Below, piece by piece: positions 56,668 through 64,000 of a stretch of DNA of 64,000 nt. The DNA is from a virus. The stretch's first letter is position 1, and each line of letters begins with the position of its first letter. The translations under genes were made by a program, and so were the position numbers. The stretch covers positions 32,001 to 96,000 of IMG/VR virus record IMGVR_UViG_3300020583_000010. The stretch is one strand, 5' to 3'. The notes under the pieces were generated by a model. It searched no databases, was not told the DNA's origin, and saw only the letters and a list, made by a program, of their open reading frames with translations.

Positions 56668-56997
56668 TCATATACGGTATCGCTCATGATTGTTAGTAAG
56701 CATTACCACGAATGTATCTGATGTCATAAATCTATTACCAGGTCCCAAGATTTCTAAAACTGAGTATCCCGGACCATTCCATCCTTCAGAAAACCTGAAT
56801 TCAGTATATCCTTTATGTCTCCAGATATGCTTAGCTTCCTCCTCTGCGGCGTCCGCCGACAACCAGGTGGATATTAGTTGAGTACCTTTCCAGACCTGCC
56901 ACTGTCTTCCGCTGAGTAACCTTGAGTGGAATTCAGACACCGCTCTCTGCTCATCCGGTGTTCGGAAATCCCCATAGGAATCGACAACTTCATCCAT
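56668..56997 (-). CDS. Hypothetical protein
   Basis: ORF with overlapping start. Confidence 0.6.
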   Translation of the reverse strand: MDEVVDSYGDFRTPDEQRAVSEFHSRLLSGRQWQVWKGTQLISTWLSADAAEEEAKHIWRHKGYTEFRFSEGWNGPGYSVLEILGPGNRFMTSDTFVVMLTNNHERYRI

Positions 56998-57223
56998 TGT
57001 CTGTCATTTCCTCACTAGAGGTATTCGGAACTACAGTAGGCTTTGTGAAAACACTTTCTGGTATAACTCCCAAGGCTATAAGAAAGCCTTGAAGAGAGTT
57101 ATGAGCAGCGGACAGCTGATGATAACCGCTAATCAACACTTGTAACAGCTCTTTAATAGCAGTTATTTCTTTTTCTAACTCTATGACTGTCTTGTTGTTC
57201 TTTCGATTCTGACTTGATGACAT
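56990..57223 (-). CDS. Small coiled-coil protein
   Basis: SD GGAG; heptads. Confidence 0.6.
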   Translation of the reverse strand: MSSSQNRKNNKTVIELEKEITAIKELLQVLISGYHQLSAAHNSLQGFLIALGVIPESVFTKPTVVPNTSSEEMTDNG

Positions 57224-57240
57224 TTTATCTCCGAAGATAG

Positions 57241-57274
57241 AAAGATCCCGCTATACTGAGTATAGCGGGAATCT
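57241..57274 (-). terminator. Rho-independent terminator
   Basis: TCCCGCTATAC-tga-GTATAGCGGGA. Confidence 0.7.
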
Positions 57275-57291
57275 GTCTTTAAGTCAAGTTA

Positions 57292-57534
57292 TCAGACGAC
57301 TGGAGGCTTTCCCTCTACTGCGTCTGTGCCGTCTTTTACAGCTGTCTCCACGGCTGTAACGGTGTCCTTGGCAGCTGTTGACTCTGCCTTACCTTCTAGA
57401 GCCTTGAGGCGTGTCTCTACATCGCCTGCTAGCTTCTTAACCTCAGCCAGTGCCTCTTCAGCCTTGGCCTTACCTTCGGAGGCTAGTTTCTTAGCCTCAG
57501 CGGCTACCTTGCTTACAAATCCGAACATGTTCAT
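57292..57534 (-). CDS. Ala/Lys/Glu-rich amphipathic helical protein (monocistronic late unit)
   Basis: Flanked by late promoter motif (57576) and terminator. Confidence 0.7.
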   Translation of the reverse strand: MNMFGFVSKVAAEAKKLASEGKAKAEEALAEVKKLAGDVETRLKALEGKAESTAAKDTVTAVETAVKDGTDAVEGKPPVV

Positions 57535-57569
57535 CCTCTTCTCATAGGGAGACCTCGTCAGGTCTCCTA

Positions 57570-57770
57570 TTATTTATCGGTGCTATACACCTTATCAAGA
57601 GCTTCGTCAAGAACTCCCAAGTTATCTAACACTGACAATCCCCACATTCCTTGGGGTTGCCATTTCCAGTATCCCTTGTCCGGGATACCGTCAGTTCTCA
57701 TAGGATATATCCTACCATATCTAGGAATATAATCCAACTTGAGTACAGTTTTATATAGATATTTCTTCAT
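57570..57770 (-). CDS. Hypothetical protein
   Basis: MKKYLYKTV... start directly after upstream stop. Confidence 0.5.
   Translation of the reverse strand: MKKYLYKTVLKLDYIPRYGRIYPMRTDGIPDKGYWKWQPQGMWGLSVLDNLGVLDEALDKVYSTDK
57572..57581 (-). promoter_or_regulatory. Putative late promoter motif ACCGATAAAT
   Basis: Upstream of 57534 start. Confidence 0.5.
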
Positions 57771-57771
57771 G

Positions 57772-58017
57772 CTACTTATCCCACCACCTAACCATATCAG
57801 GGTCAGGTGGGCAAGCCCATACATAGCCCCAAGGCTTTTCTTTCTTTACAAGGCCTTTACTAGTAGGATGACCACAAAGAATTTTAGCATCATTTCCTAT
57901 TTGATGAATATCAAAAGCCGTAATGCCAGAGAACGTCTCGTGACATCTTCCGCAGTGGGATGTGTTTTTTCCTTCCCACGCATTATTACACTTACCACAT
58001 GAGATCGACTCAGCCAT
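57772..58017 (-). CDS. FDXHR-type zinc-binding phage protein
   Basis: CxxC...HCGRCHETF...AFDIHQ. Confidence 0.75.
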   Translation of the reverse strand: MAESISCGKCNNAWEGKNTSHCGRCHETFSGITAFDIHQIGNDAKILCGHPTSKGLVKKEKPWGYVWACPPDPDMVRWWDK

Positions 58018-58174
58018 TAAGTTCCTTTTTCAGGTATTCAATATGAGATTTCATAGTACTGAGCGCCACCATTTCCCACACATAGAGTCTCACGAGCGGA
58101 GACTTCACTGATAAGACCAACCAAGACCCAGCAGTGAAGAACACCACCCAGAAAATAATAGCCAGTATAACCAT
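58010..58174 (-). CDS. Small membrane protein (54 aa)
   Basis: MVILAIIFWVVFFTAGSWLVLS...; fills gap, overlaps both neighbours. Confidence 0.55.
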   Translation of the reverse strand: MVILAIIFWVVFFTAGSWLVLSVKSPLVRLYVWEMVALSTMKSHIEYLKKELNG

Positions 58175-58404
58175 TAGAACTCCATGGGAGTATCTACAGC
58201 AGCGGCTTTAAAGGACATAACCAGTGTGACATTATCATCGAAGTTCTTAAGTCGTGCAACTTCATCCTCTACAAGCTGCTCTTTGGTATAAATACCCTTT
58301 ATTTTGAGTTCTTCCAGGTCAACTATGATATAGTAGTTCTCTATGGCCTCAACCTGTAGATCTTCAAGGTTGAAACCGTCATTCTTATATGTGTACTCAG
58401 TCAT
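58174..58404 (-). CDS. Hypothetical protein
   Basis: Coupled ORF. Confidence 0.6.
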   Translation of the reverse strand: MTEYTYKNDGFNLEDLQVEAIENYYIIVDLEELKIKGIYTKEQLVEDEVARLKNFDDNVTLVMSFKAAAVDTPMEF

Positions 58405-58726
58405 TTTCTGCCTCTATTACTGCGAACAGTTCGCCATCGTAAGGATCAAAGTAGTTACCACCATAGGTATCGCTCCATGTCACGGATACTGGTATCGAAG
58501 TTTCAGTATAGATAGCTCCACCACTTTCCAGGTAATTATGGAGGTCTACATATACCCCGCATTCATTGCAGGTAAGTGAGATATCAGGAGACTCTTCAAG
58601 GCATACCCATTCTAACTCTAGTCTATACTTCAACTTGCCAGTTTTAGGACACTTACACCCGAAGTATTCTTCTATGTCGGGAAGATCTCGGGCTTCTACT
58701 AGCTTAGTAAACTCAAGTTTTCCCAC
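58397..58726 (-). CDS. Hypothetical Cys-containing protein
   Basis: Coupled ORF. Confidence 0.6.
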   Translation of the reverse strand: MGKLEFTKLVEARDLPDIEEYFGCKCPKTGKLKYRLELEWVCLEESPDISLTCNECGVYVDLHNYLESGGAIYTETSIPVSVTWSDTYGGNYFDPYDGELFAVIEAEND

Positions 58727-58928
58727 TAAATCTCCTGAGCAGAGTAGCGCTGACAGTTTTCACACAACCACATTCAGTGTAGTCTTCATGTATATCAGCA
58801 GCACAAGGATCTGGACCATACTCTATCATGCCTCCATGCGGTTCACCATACCCTCCGCCCTCACACTTCGAATAATCCACATCAGGCAAGGTAGCGTAAG
58901 GAAAAGCACTGAGATAACTATACACCAT
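58713..58928 (-). CDS. Small Cys-rich protein
   Basis: YGPDP.A.DI....C.C pattern. Confidence 0.5.
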   Translation of the reverse strand: MVYSYLSAFPYATLPDVDYSKCEGGGYGEPHGGMIEYGPDPCAADIHEDYTECGCVKTVSATLLRRFSGKT

Positions 58929-59310
58929 ATGTCTCTTTTATCTTAGAAAGAACTGACTCCACTATTGGTTGACCTACAACCCAAGCTGCCTGTAAGTAGT
59001 TAAAAAGCTCGTCAGAGTTGCGCTTAGTGGAAGTGTCTTCCTTACTTTCCTGCACAGGTTCTCCTACTTCCTTGAATCGCAGTTCTACTGCTCTGCTTTC
59101 TTGATTACCAGCATACACAGCCAGCTTTAAAACATCAGTGCTGTTGACTTCAATCCAGTGACTCCAAGGATAAATTGTGTTATCCCATTCCTTATTCCAA
59201 TTCCTGCCACAAAAGTAATTCTCGTCATATGGAACTGTGCGCCATGACACATAGTTACCCGGCTTCAGTTGCTCTTCCTCAGTCATCATATGCTCCACGA
59301 TCGAATGCAC
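58918..59310 (-). CDS. Hypothetical protein
   Basis: Coupled ORF. Confidence 0.6.
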   Translation of the reverse strand: MHSIVEHMMTEEEQLKPGNYVSWRTVPYDENYFCGRNWNKEWDNTIYPWSHWIEVNSTDVLKLAVYAGNQESRAVELRFKEVGEPVQESKEDTSTKRNSDELFNYLQAAWVVGQPIVESVLSKIKETYGV

Positions 59311-59566
59311 GCTGTCTGGCTAGCCGCAGTTCGCTTTCAGGAATGTCTAGGCGACTGCTGCTAGCTCTCTTGTAGTCGTCATAATCACGGTACGTCTGCT
59401 CAAGAACCTGGAAGGCCTCAGACAGGCATTCAAGCTGCTTATAGGTGAGTTTTGTCTCGACAGTCATTCCACCTACGGTCTTTGTCATCACCACCTGACT
59501 CCAAGGCACGTTATCCGCATCATACTCAACCTTGAAATCAGGTTCCATCCACTCATGCGCGCTCAA
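59279..59566 (-). CDS. Hypothetical protein
   Basis: Coupled ORF. Confidence 0.6.
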   Translation of the reverse strand: MSAHEWMEPDFKVEYDADNVPWSQVVMTKTVGGMTVETKLTYKQLECLSEAFQVLEQTYRDYDDYKRASSSRLDIPESELRLARQRAFDRGAYDD

Positions 59567-59757
59567 CGCGGACCTCCCATGACAGTCTTACCGGAGCCGT
59601 CCATATACATCACGCGAGAGCCGTACACATAGTTCTTCTTACCGGTTTTATTGCGCTTCTTCTTGCCGTTCTTGTCAAAATTCTCGCCACCGTGATAACG
59701 ACCCATCGTCTTCTGTTGGCGGTACTTCAGCTTAAGGGGAATCAATGTGGTCTCCAT
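59563..59757 (-). CDS. Small basic protein
   Basis: SD AAGGAG before METTLIPLK... Confidence 0.55.
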   Translation of the reverse strand: METTLIPLKLKYRQQKTMGRYHGGENFDKNGKKKRNKTGKKNYVYGSRVMYMDGSGKTVMGGPR

Positions 59758-59761
59758 GGTA

Positions 59762-59953
59762 TTACTCCTTGTCGTCCGTATACGCGGTGCTGTAGGCGGC
59801 AATACCGTTGAGCTGTACCAGAGCCGCTAGGAAGTGCGCCTGAGCTCTTGCCACCATCAGCGCCTTTCTATCGTCCGTGCGTATACTGTCTTTATCCTCA
59901 GCTTCTTCCAAACACTTGGAACCCTTGATGAAATGCTCATGAGGTTGCATCAT
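59762..59953 (-). CDS. Hypothetical protein
   Basis: ARAQAHFLAAL motif common in small actinophage proteins. Confidence 0.6.
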   Translation of the reverse strand: MMQPHEHFIKGSKCLEEAEDKDSIRTDDRKALMVARAQAHFLAALVQLNGIAAYSTAYTDDKE

Positions 59954-59954
59954 A

Positions 59955-60407
59955 CTACATGTTCCTTGCTCTGTCTATATGGTCTTGAACGTCTTTGAGG
60001 TCCTGCACTCCGGTCTCTTTGACCTTGTCTATTCTACTCTGAGTCGCTGCCATGACCTCTTCACCGTGCTTTAGAGCCCTTGCTATCATCTTACGGGTCT
60101 TATAGACCTCCCAACCCCTGTACAGGTGCAGGAAGGCTATGAAACCGCACAGCCACACCAGCTTGGACTCCGCTGAGAACGACGCCGCCACTGTCAGGAC
60201 AGCCCACACGAGCCCCGCGACCACCCATAGCCAGTAACTGTGATTATACCACCAATCCCCCAGTCTTTCAAGCCGCTCGCGCTTCTTCTCAGCGAACTTG
60301 AAGCCGTCCATCCACGACGACTCGGACCGCAGTTCCACCAAAGGCAACGGCGTCTCAGGCACCTGCGCCTCTTCATACTCCTTGAAAAGCTTCTTTTTAC
60401 GAGGCAT
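59955..60407 (-). CDS. Membrane protein
   Basis: Two TM helices; SD AAGGAG. Confidence 0.7.
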   Translation of the reverse strand: MPRKKKLFKEYEEAQVPETPLPLVELRSESSWMDGFKFAEKKRERLERLGDWWYNHSYWLWVVAGLVWAVLTVAASFSAESKLVWLCGFIAFLHLYRGWEVYKTRKMIARALKHGEEVMAATQSRIDKVKETGVQDLKDVQDHIDRARNM

Positions 60408-60472
60408 CCGGAATTCTCCTTAAACAGCCTCAATCTACTCTAAGATCTCTTAATATATTCAACTCTCGACTC

Positions 60473-60501
60473 ATACTACCATGTTTTTCGCATAAAAACA
60501 A
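60473..60501 (-). promoter_or_regulatory. Sigma70-type promoter
   Basis: TTGTTT-17-TAGTAT with TG. Confidence 0.55.
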
Positions 60502-60652
60502 GCCCTAATACCTAAAAATCATCATAAAATACCCCAAAAATGACTAATATGGAGTATTTCTAGAAACATCAGTTCGGCTATTATAGAACAAATTCCTATT
60601 TAAATTCGGAGTGGAAGACAAAGTAATAGTCTTAGTGTCCTATAATCGAACA

Positions 60653-61194
60653 TTAAAGGTTATTATATTCAACATCTGTGATATGCACTAGCCTATCCGA
60701 TCCGTACGCCCCGGTCTGCCCGCTTTCAAATCTGACATGATACTTATTCGAACTGCTATTCCACGCCAGAACGGAACAAACAACTCCCGGCAGTCCCGCA
60801 TTTTCATCATAGGCAAAAGCATGCTTGACTCTTACAACGTCTCCTACCTTAAACTTGTCTTCTGCCTGCGGGTTCACCAGATCTTTCGGCATAATCGAGA
60901 CCGGCTTGACCTCTTGGTCCTTGCTCAGTGCCTCTTTGCTGTGCCTTTTAAGCTCATCCGCTGAGTCCATCCATACAACCCAGTCCAACTTATCGTTATT
61001 GCTCCTGTCGAACACACCATACCAGCCAGCCTCGAACGGCTCCGGGAATTCCTCAACCTCGGCTCCGAGCGGCAGGGTAACCCATGTTCCGGAGTAGTCG
61101 TACCATCCTTTGCACCCCCCGGCAACCGCACGTGTATAACACCATCAACCCCTTGTGTAAGATCAACTTCAAAGCTCACTCTATATCTAGTCAT
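60653..61194 (-). CDS. Hypothetical protein with C-terminal KOW/SH3-like domain, apparently split by a -1 frameshift near 61110-61120
   Basis: MTRYRVSFEV... continues naturally in the -1 frame as KGWYDYSGTW...FKVGDVVRVK. Confidence 0.55.
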
Positions 61195-61200
61195 ACTGCC

Positions 61201-61229
61201 AACCTACCATACACACCTCTATCTGTCAA
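61201..61229 (-). promoter_or_regulatory. Sigma70-type promoter, leaderless transcript
   Basis: TTGACA-17-TAGGTT; ATG 7 nt downstream. Confidence 0.7.
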
Positions 61230-61666
61230 CCCACAATAAGTGCAGGTCAGCGGCCTTGTTTCAAGGGAATCGAAGATCAATTTGAAAATCACTCCGGCGG
61301 CTAAAACCGCCCCATATCAGCACCCTGCGTCACGCGACTAGCCCCGCCCCCGCCATGCGACGCAGCACACGCATCTACGCACACGCATATCAGTCATCGA
61401 ATCTCAAAGCAATGCACTGATAGGCATCCCAAGAGCCGGCAGAGTATTGACATCCACATATCAGTCATCGATCACATAGCCGGCAGACCTTTTACATATG
61501 AAATCTGAGAGCCTAGCAGACCCTCAGGTAGTATCCTTATACCAGAGCCCTGTGTTAGGCTCTCTACGATCAACACAGAAGAACAGGAACAGGCATCTCA
61601 GCACAGTGCGTTGATGTCAGTGATGTGTATTGATGTATGTACACTGTTGTGGTTAGGAGACTTGAC

Positions 61667-61724
61667 TACTGTGTGTAGTGTTGAACTGGTTACTGTGTGT
61701 AGTGTTGAACTGGCTACTGTGTAG
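61667..61724 (+). repeat. 24-bp tandem repeat, 2 copies plus partial
   Basis: TACTGTGTGTAGTGTTGAACTGG(T/C). Confidence 0.85.
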
Positions 61725-62195
61725 GCTGCCGTGTTTCATCCGGCCTGTGGTATGCCGTGTGCCGTACAGGTCTGCTCATCCCCTGTGTGTGTGGTGAACG
61801 ACTGTATACCCTGGTACAGCCAGAGGTACATGCTGTGTGTAGTATGGATCAGTGTGCTGTGGCAGTGCTCTGTGTGACAGCGTGTCGGTCTGGTACGGTG
61901 TGCCCTGTATAGGATCTGTCTGCGTGTCAGCCGTGTGCCGTATCCTGATATCAGTGTGGCTGTATGCCGGTACTGCCGGCGCATGGCTGCTCATCCGGTT
62001 CGGATATTCGCGTGTCTTGATACAGGATGGATACTGCTGTGCGGGGTCGCTTATACCACGTCTGGGCATGCTTGGAGTACCTTGGTACCTGAGTATGCCG
62101 CATGGCGGGGATGTATGCATGAGGTCTCGGGTATAGTCGCAGGCGGAGCTCATCCGTGTTTCTCGAAATGGATTTATATTCATAGTGCCCGGGGG

Positions 62196-62223
62196 TTGCG
62201 CCGCCGTGGGGCAGTAGTAACGT
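62196..62223 (+). promoter_or_regulatory. Putative rightward early promoter
   Basis: TTGCGC-16-TAACGT. Confidence 0.5.
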
Positions 62224-62229
62224 AGTGAG

Positions 62230-62702
62230 TGAAGCAAGAGGCATTCGAACCGACAGGGAACCACCGGCTCAGCCGGACAGGCCAAGGATCGAATCCCCCG
62301 CTTAGGTCACCGGAAGCCTTGTCAACCGGGAAGCATCATCCTAAAGGGGTGATGGAACCGCGCGGGTCAGCATCGAACGAAGCGCCGCACGGCACGCAGT
62401 GAAGGCAGGGATCAGCAGGGTTCCGGGGTGAAACTCCCTGGTGCGTTAGGAGCGACCGGCTTAGACGCCAACGGCTCTGGGGACGTGAGACGGTCTGCCT
62501 TGTATTACAGCCACGAACGGGAACGTTGATCGGTCCGACTCCGATCCGTGGCGCGGGGCGATCGCAGTGAAGGACGCGGGTAAGAAAAGTGATGCCGCCG
62601 GGAGGCCTTGAAGCATCAGCCCAGCGGCCTTCAATGCGAAGCTCAAGGGACGCTGTGAAGGCGAGGCGGTTGGGTCCGTCCGCCGAAGCGGCGTCCCGCA
62701 TC
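62230..62702 (+). ncRNA. Candidate large structured ncRNA upstream of tRNAs
   Basis: No credible ORF; many nested helices, T-loop-like motifs, repeated CGCWGTGAAGG. Confidence 0.6.
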
Positions 62703-62705
62703 AAA

Positions 62706-62778
62706 GTCCCTATGGTGCAGCGGCCTAGCACGCAAGACTTTCAATCTTGTGACGTCGGTTCGAATCCGACTAGGGGTG
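62706..62778 (+). tRNA. tRNA-Glu(TTC)
   Basis: GTCCCTA/TAGGGGT acceptor, CAAGA-CTTTCAA-TCTTG, GTCGG-TTCGAAT-CCGAC. Confidence 0.92.
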
Positions 62779-62856
62779 CGGGACTGGCAACACGACCATC
62801 GATGCGCGGACCGTGAGAACGGATTTTGCGAACTTCACAGGCGTTCAGTCCTTTTT

Positions 62857-62927
62857 GCGGCTGTAACTCAATGGCAGAGTATCTGACTTCCAATCAGACT
62901 ATGCGGGTTCGATTCCCGTCAGCCACT
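62857..62927 (+). tRNA. tRNA-Gly(TCC)
   Basis: TCTGA-CTTCCAA-TCAGA, GCGGG-TTCGATT-CCCGT. Confidence 0.92.
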
Positions 62928-62968
62928 CGTAGGAAGTGCCGCACAACTCACCTAGGGAGTCAGAAACT

Positions 62969-63181
62969 ATGAGCGAGTTCTACATGTCCGGCCGTTCCAA
63001 CCGTGAAGAGTACGGCATGCGCGGAACAGATTGGGTGGAAGAGTACACGCGGATGATCAACGGGACCGAGTACGAGTTCTCGCGTGTCACGTGGGGAGAC
63101 GGCGCTGTCACCGTTCGCGCGTGGATCGTGGGCGGTTCGGCCTACTACCCGATCCATCAGTGGGGACGTCAGGTCTCCTAG
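62969..63181 (+). CDS. Small early hypothetical protein
   Basis: SD GGGAG; high-GC codon pattern. Confidence 0.7.
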   Translation: MSEFYMSGRSNREEYGMRGTDWVEEYTRMINGTEYEFSRVTWGDGAVTVRAWIVGGSAYYPIHQWGRQVS

Positions 63182-63270
63182 CAGCAAGCCTCTAGGGTCA
63201 AGCTTCACAGCAGCGCCTAGAGGCACTTCAAAGGCTCCAATCAGGTGCCTTGAAACAGAAAGGCAATACC

Positions 63271-63399
63271 ATGCGGCGTTATCAGGGCGAGTCGGTTCAG
63301 GTGGTCAACGAGACCACCTATCGCGGCGTCCGCGTTCTCTGCGTCATGTTCAGCGACGGCATGGCCGAGTGGGTTCCCGCCAGCGAGGTGACCAAGTGA
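63271..63399 (+). CDS. Small early hypothetical protein (42 aa)
   Basis: SD GAAAGG; MRRYQGESVQVV...EWVPASEVTK. Confidence 0.65.
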   Translation: MRRYQGESVQVVNETTYRGVRVLCVMFSDGMAEWVPASEVTK

Positions 63400-63584
63400 C
63401 CGGCCTTACCGTAGCCGATCGCTGCGACGCCTGTAGCGCGCAAGCGCTGGTCGCTTTCAGCCGTAGCGCCGGACAGGGCCGTCTCGACCTCTGCGGCCAT
63501 CACGCGCGTCGGTTCGGCGCCAAAATGGCCGAACAGGGATTCACCATCGCCGAGGATCACAGAGAGAGCGTGGTGGCGCGATGA
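63396..63584 (+). CDS. Small zinc-binding protein (DUF7455-like)
   Basis: LTVADRCDACSAQA...LCGHH; GTGA overlap. Confidence 0.75.
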   Translation: MTGLTVADRCDACSAQALVAFSRSAGQGRLDLCGHHARRFGAKMAEQGFTIAEDHRESVVAR

Positions 63585-63736
63585 CGCGCGTCATCGCCAT
63601 AGGCGTGGCGTGCGCCGTATTCGCCTCTCTCGCCATCGCTGGCATCCTGGCCCTGTCCGTGAGTCAGGCTGACCGGCCTTCCAATCCGTGTGCAGTCATC
63701 GGCATGAGTCACTGCGGCTCTGTCGGCAACAAGTAG
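63581..63736 (+). CDS. Small membrane/secreted protein
   Basis: ATGA overlap; hydrophobic N-terminus. Confidence 0.6.
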   Translation: MTRVIAIGVACAVFASLAIAGILALSVSQADRPSNPCAVIGMSHCGSVGNK

Positions 63737-63748
63737 GGAGTCTGTTTC

Positions 63749-63916
63749 ATGAACCGTTTCCAGAAAGTCCGCATGGGCGCGGGTTGGGCCGTGTGGGACC
63801 GTGATACCAACCATTTCGTCGCTGATGCGTCCTACGGCAACGAGTACATGGCCGACGCCAAGGTAGAAGTCCTGAACCGCAAGCACGAAGAGCAGAGCAT
63901 GAACAGCCATGCATAA
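63749..63916 (+). CDS. Small early hypothetical protein
   Basis: SD GGGAG; WAVWD...A..LN pattern. Confidence 0.65.
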   Translation: MNRFQKVRMGAGWAVWDRDTNHFVADASYGNEYMADAKVEVLNRKHEEQSMNSHA

Positions 63917-64000
63917 GGCTCATAACCTCTACCACACCGTCAAGGACGCACGTACGTACCGTTCCCGCGTCCGCGCCTACAGAGGTGATGACACGAGCGT

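Noticed and set aside
61667-61724. Possible mini-CRISPR array
   Set aside because: Repeats are head-to-tail with no spacers; the Cas4-like gene is a common stand-alone phage exonuclease.
62682-62688. Y RNA Ro-binding motif GNCGAAG
   Set aside because: Falls in a simple hairpin near the 3' end, and no Ro60/Rsr gene is in the window.
61736-62816. Several overlapping ORFs on both strands
   Set aside because: No SD, odd composition, overlap with repeats, ncRNA candidate and tRNA.
1-64000. Stop-codon reassignment to explain the TGA breaks
   Set aside because: Conserved genes are full length in code 11, and the breaks need frame changes rather than readthrough.

Overview
A 64 kb piece of a large tailed dsDNA phage genome, most likely a siphovirus of an actinobacterial host (Rpf, SLT, DUF1876-like and DUF7455-like genes). 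Leftward-transcribed blocks: tail (tape measure running off the left edge with an intein in its SLT domain, frameshifting chaperone, major tail), head (lambda-E-like capsid, decoration, Mu-like protease/scaffold, portal, intein-containing terminase), a glycosyltransferase/NDP-sugar dehydrogenase cluster, and a large replication/recombination set (PolA, clamp, DnaX/HolA/HolB-like, DnaB, RecA, split SbcCD, SSB, resolvase, sigma factor). A rightward RNA-repair operon, many small genes and four tRNAs follow. Most notable: a ~470-nt structured non-coding RNA candidate with T-loops and a mini-tRNA domain (62230-62702); a late promoter motif CCGATWA resembling the sigma28/WhiG -10; a shared N-terminal DLEKV-ELA tag on basic late proteins; a possible +1 frameshift at the tape measure start; a secreted Rpf; a candidate virion glycosylation system. 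All calls come from manual motif reading; no database searches were run.
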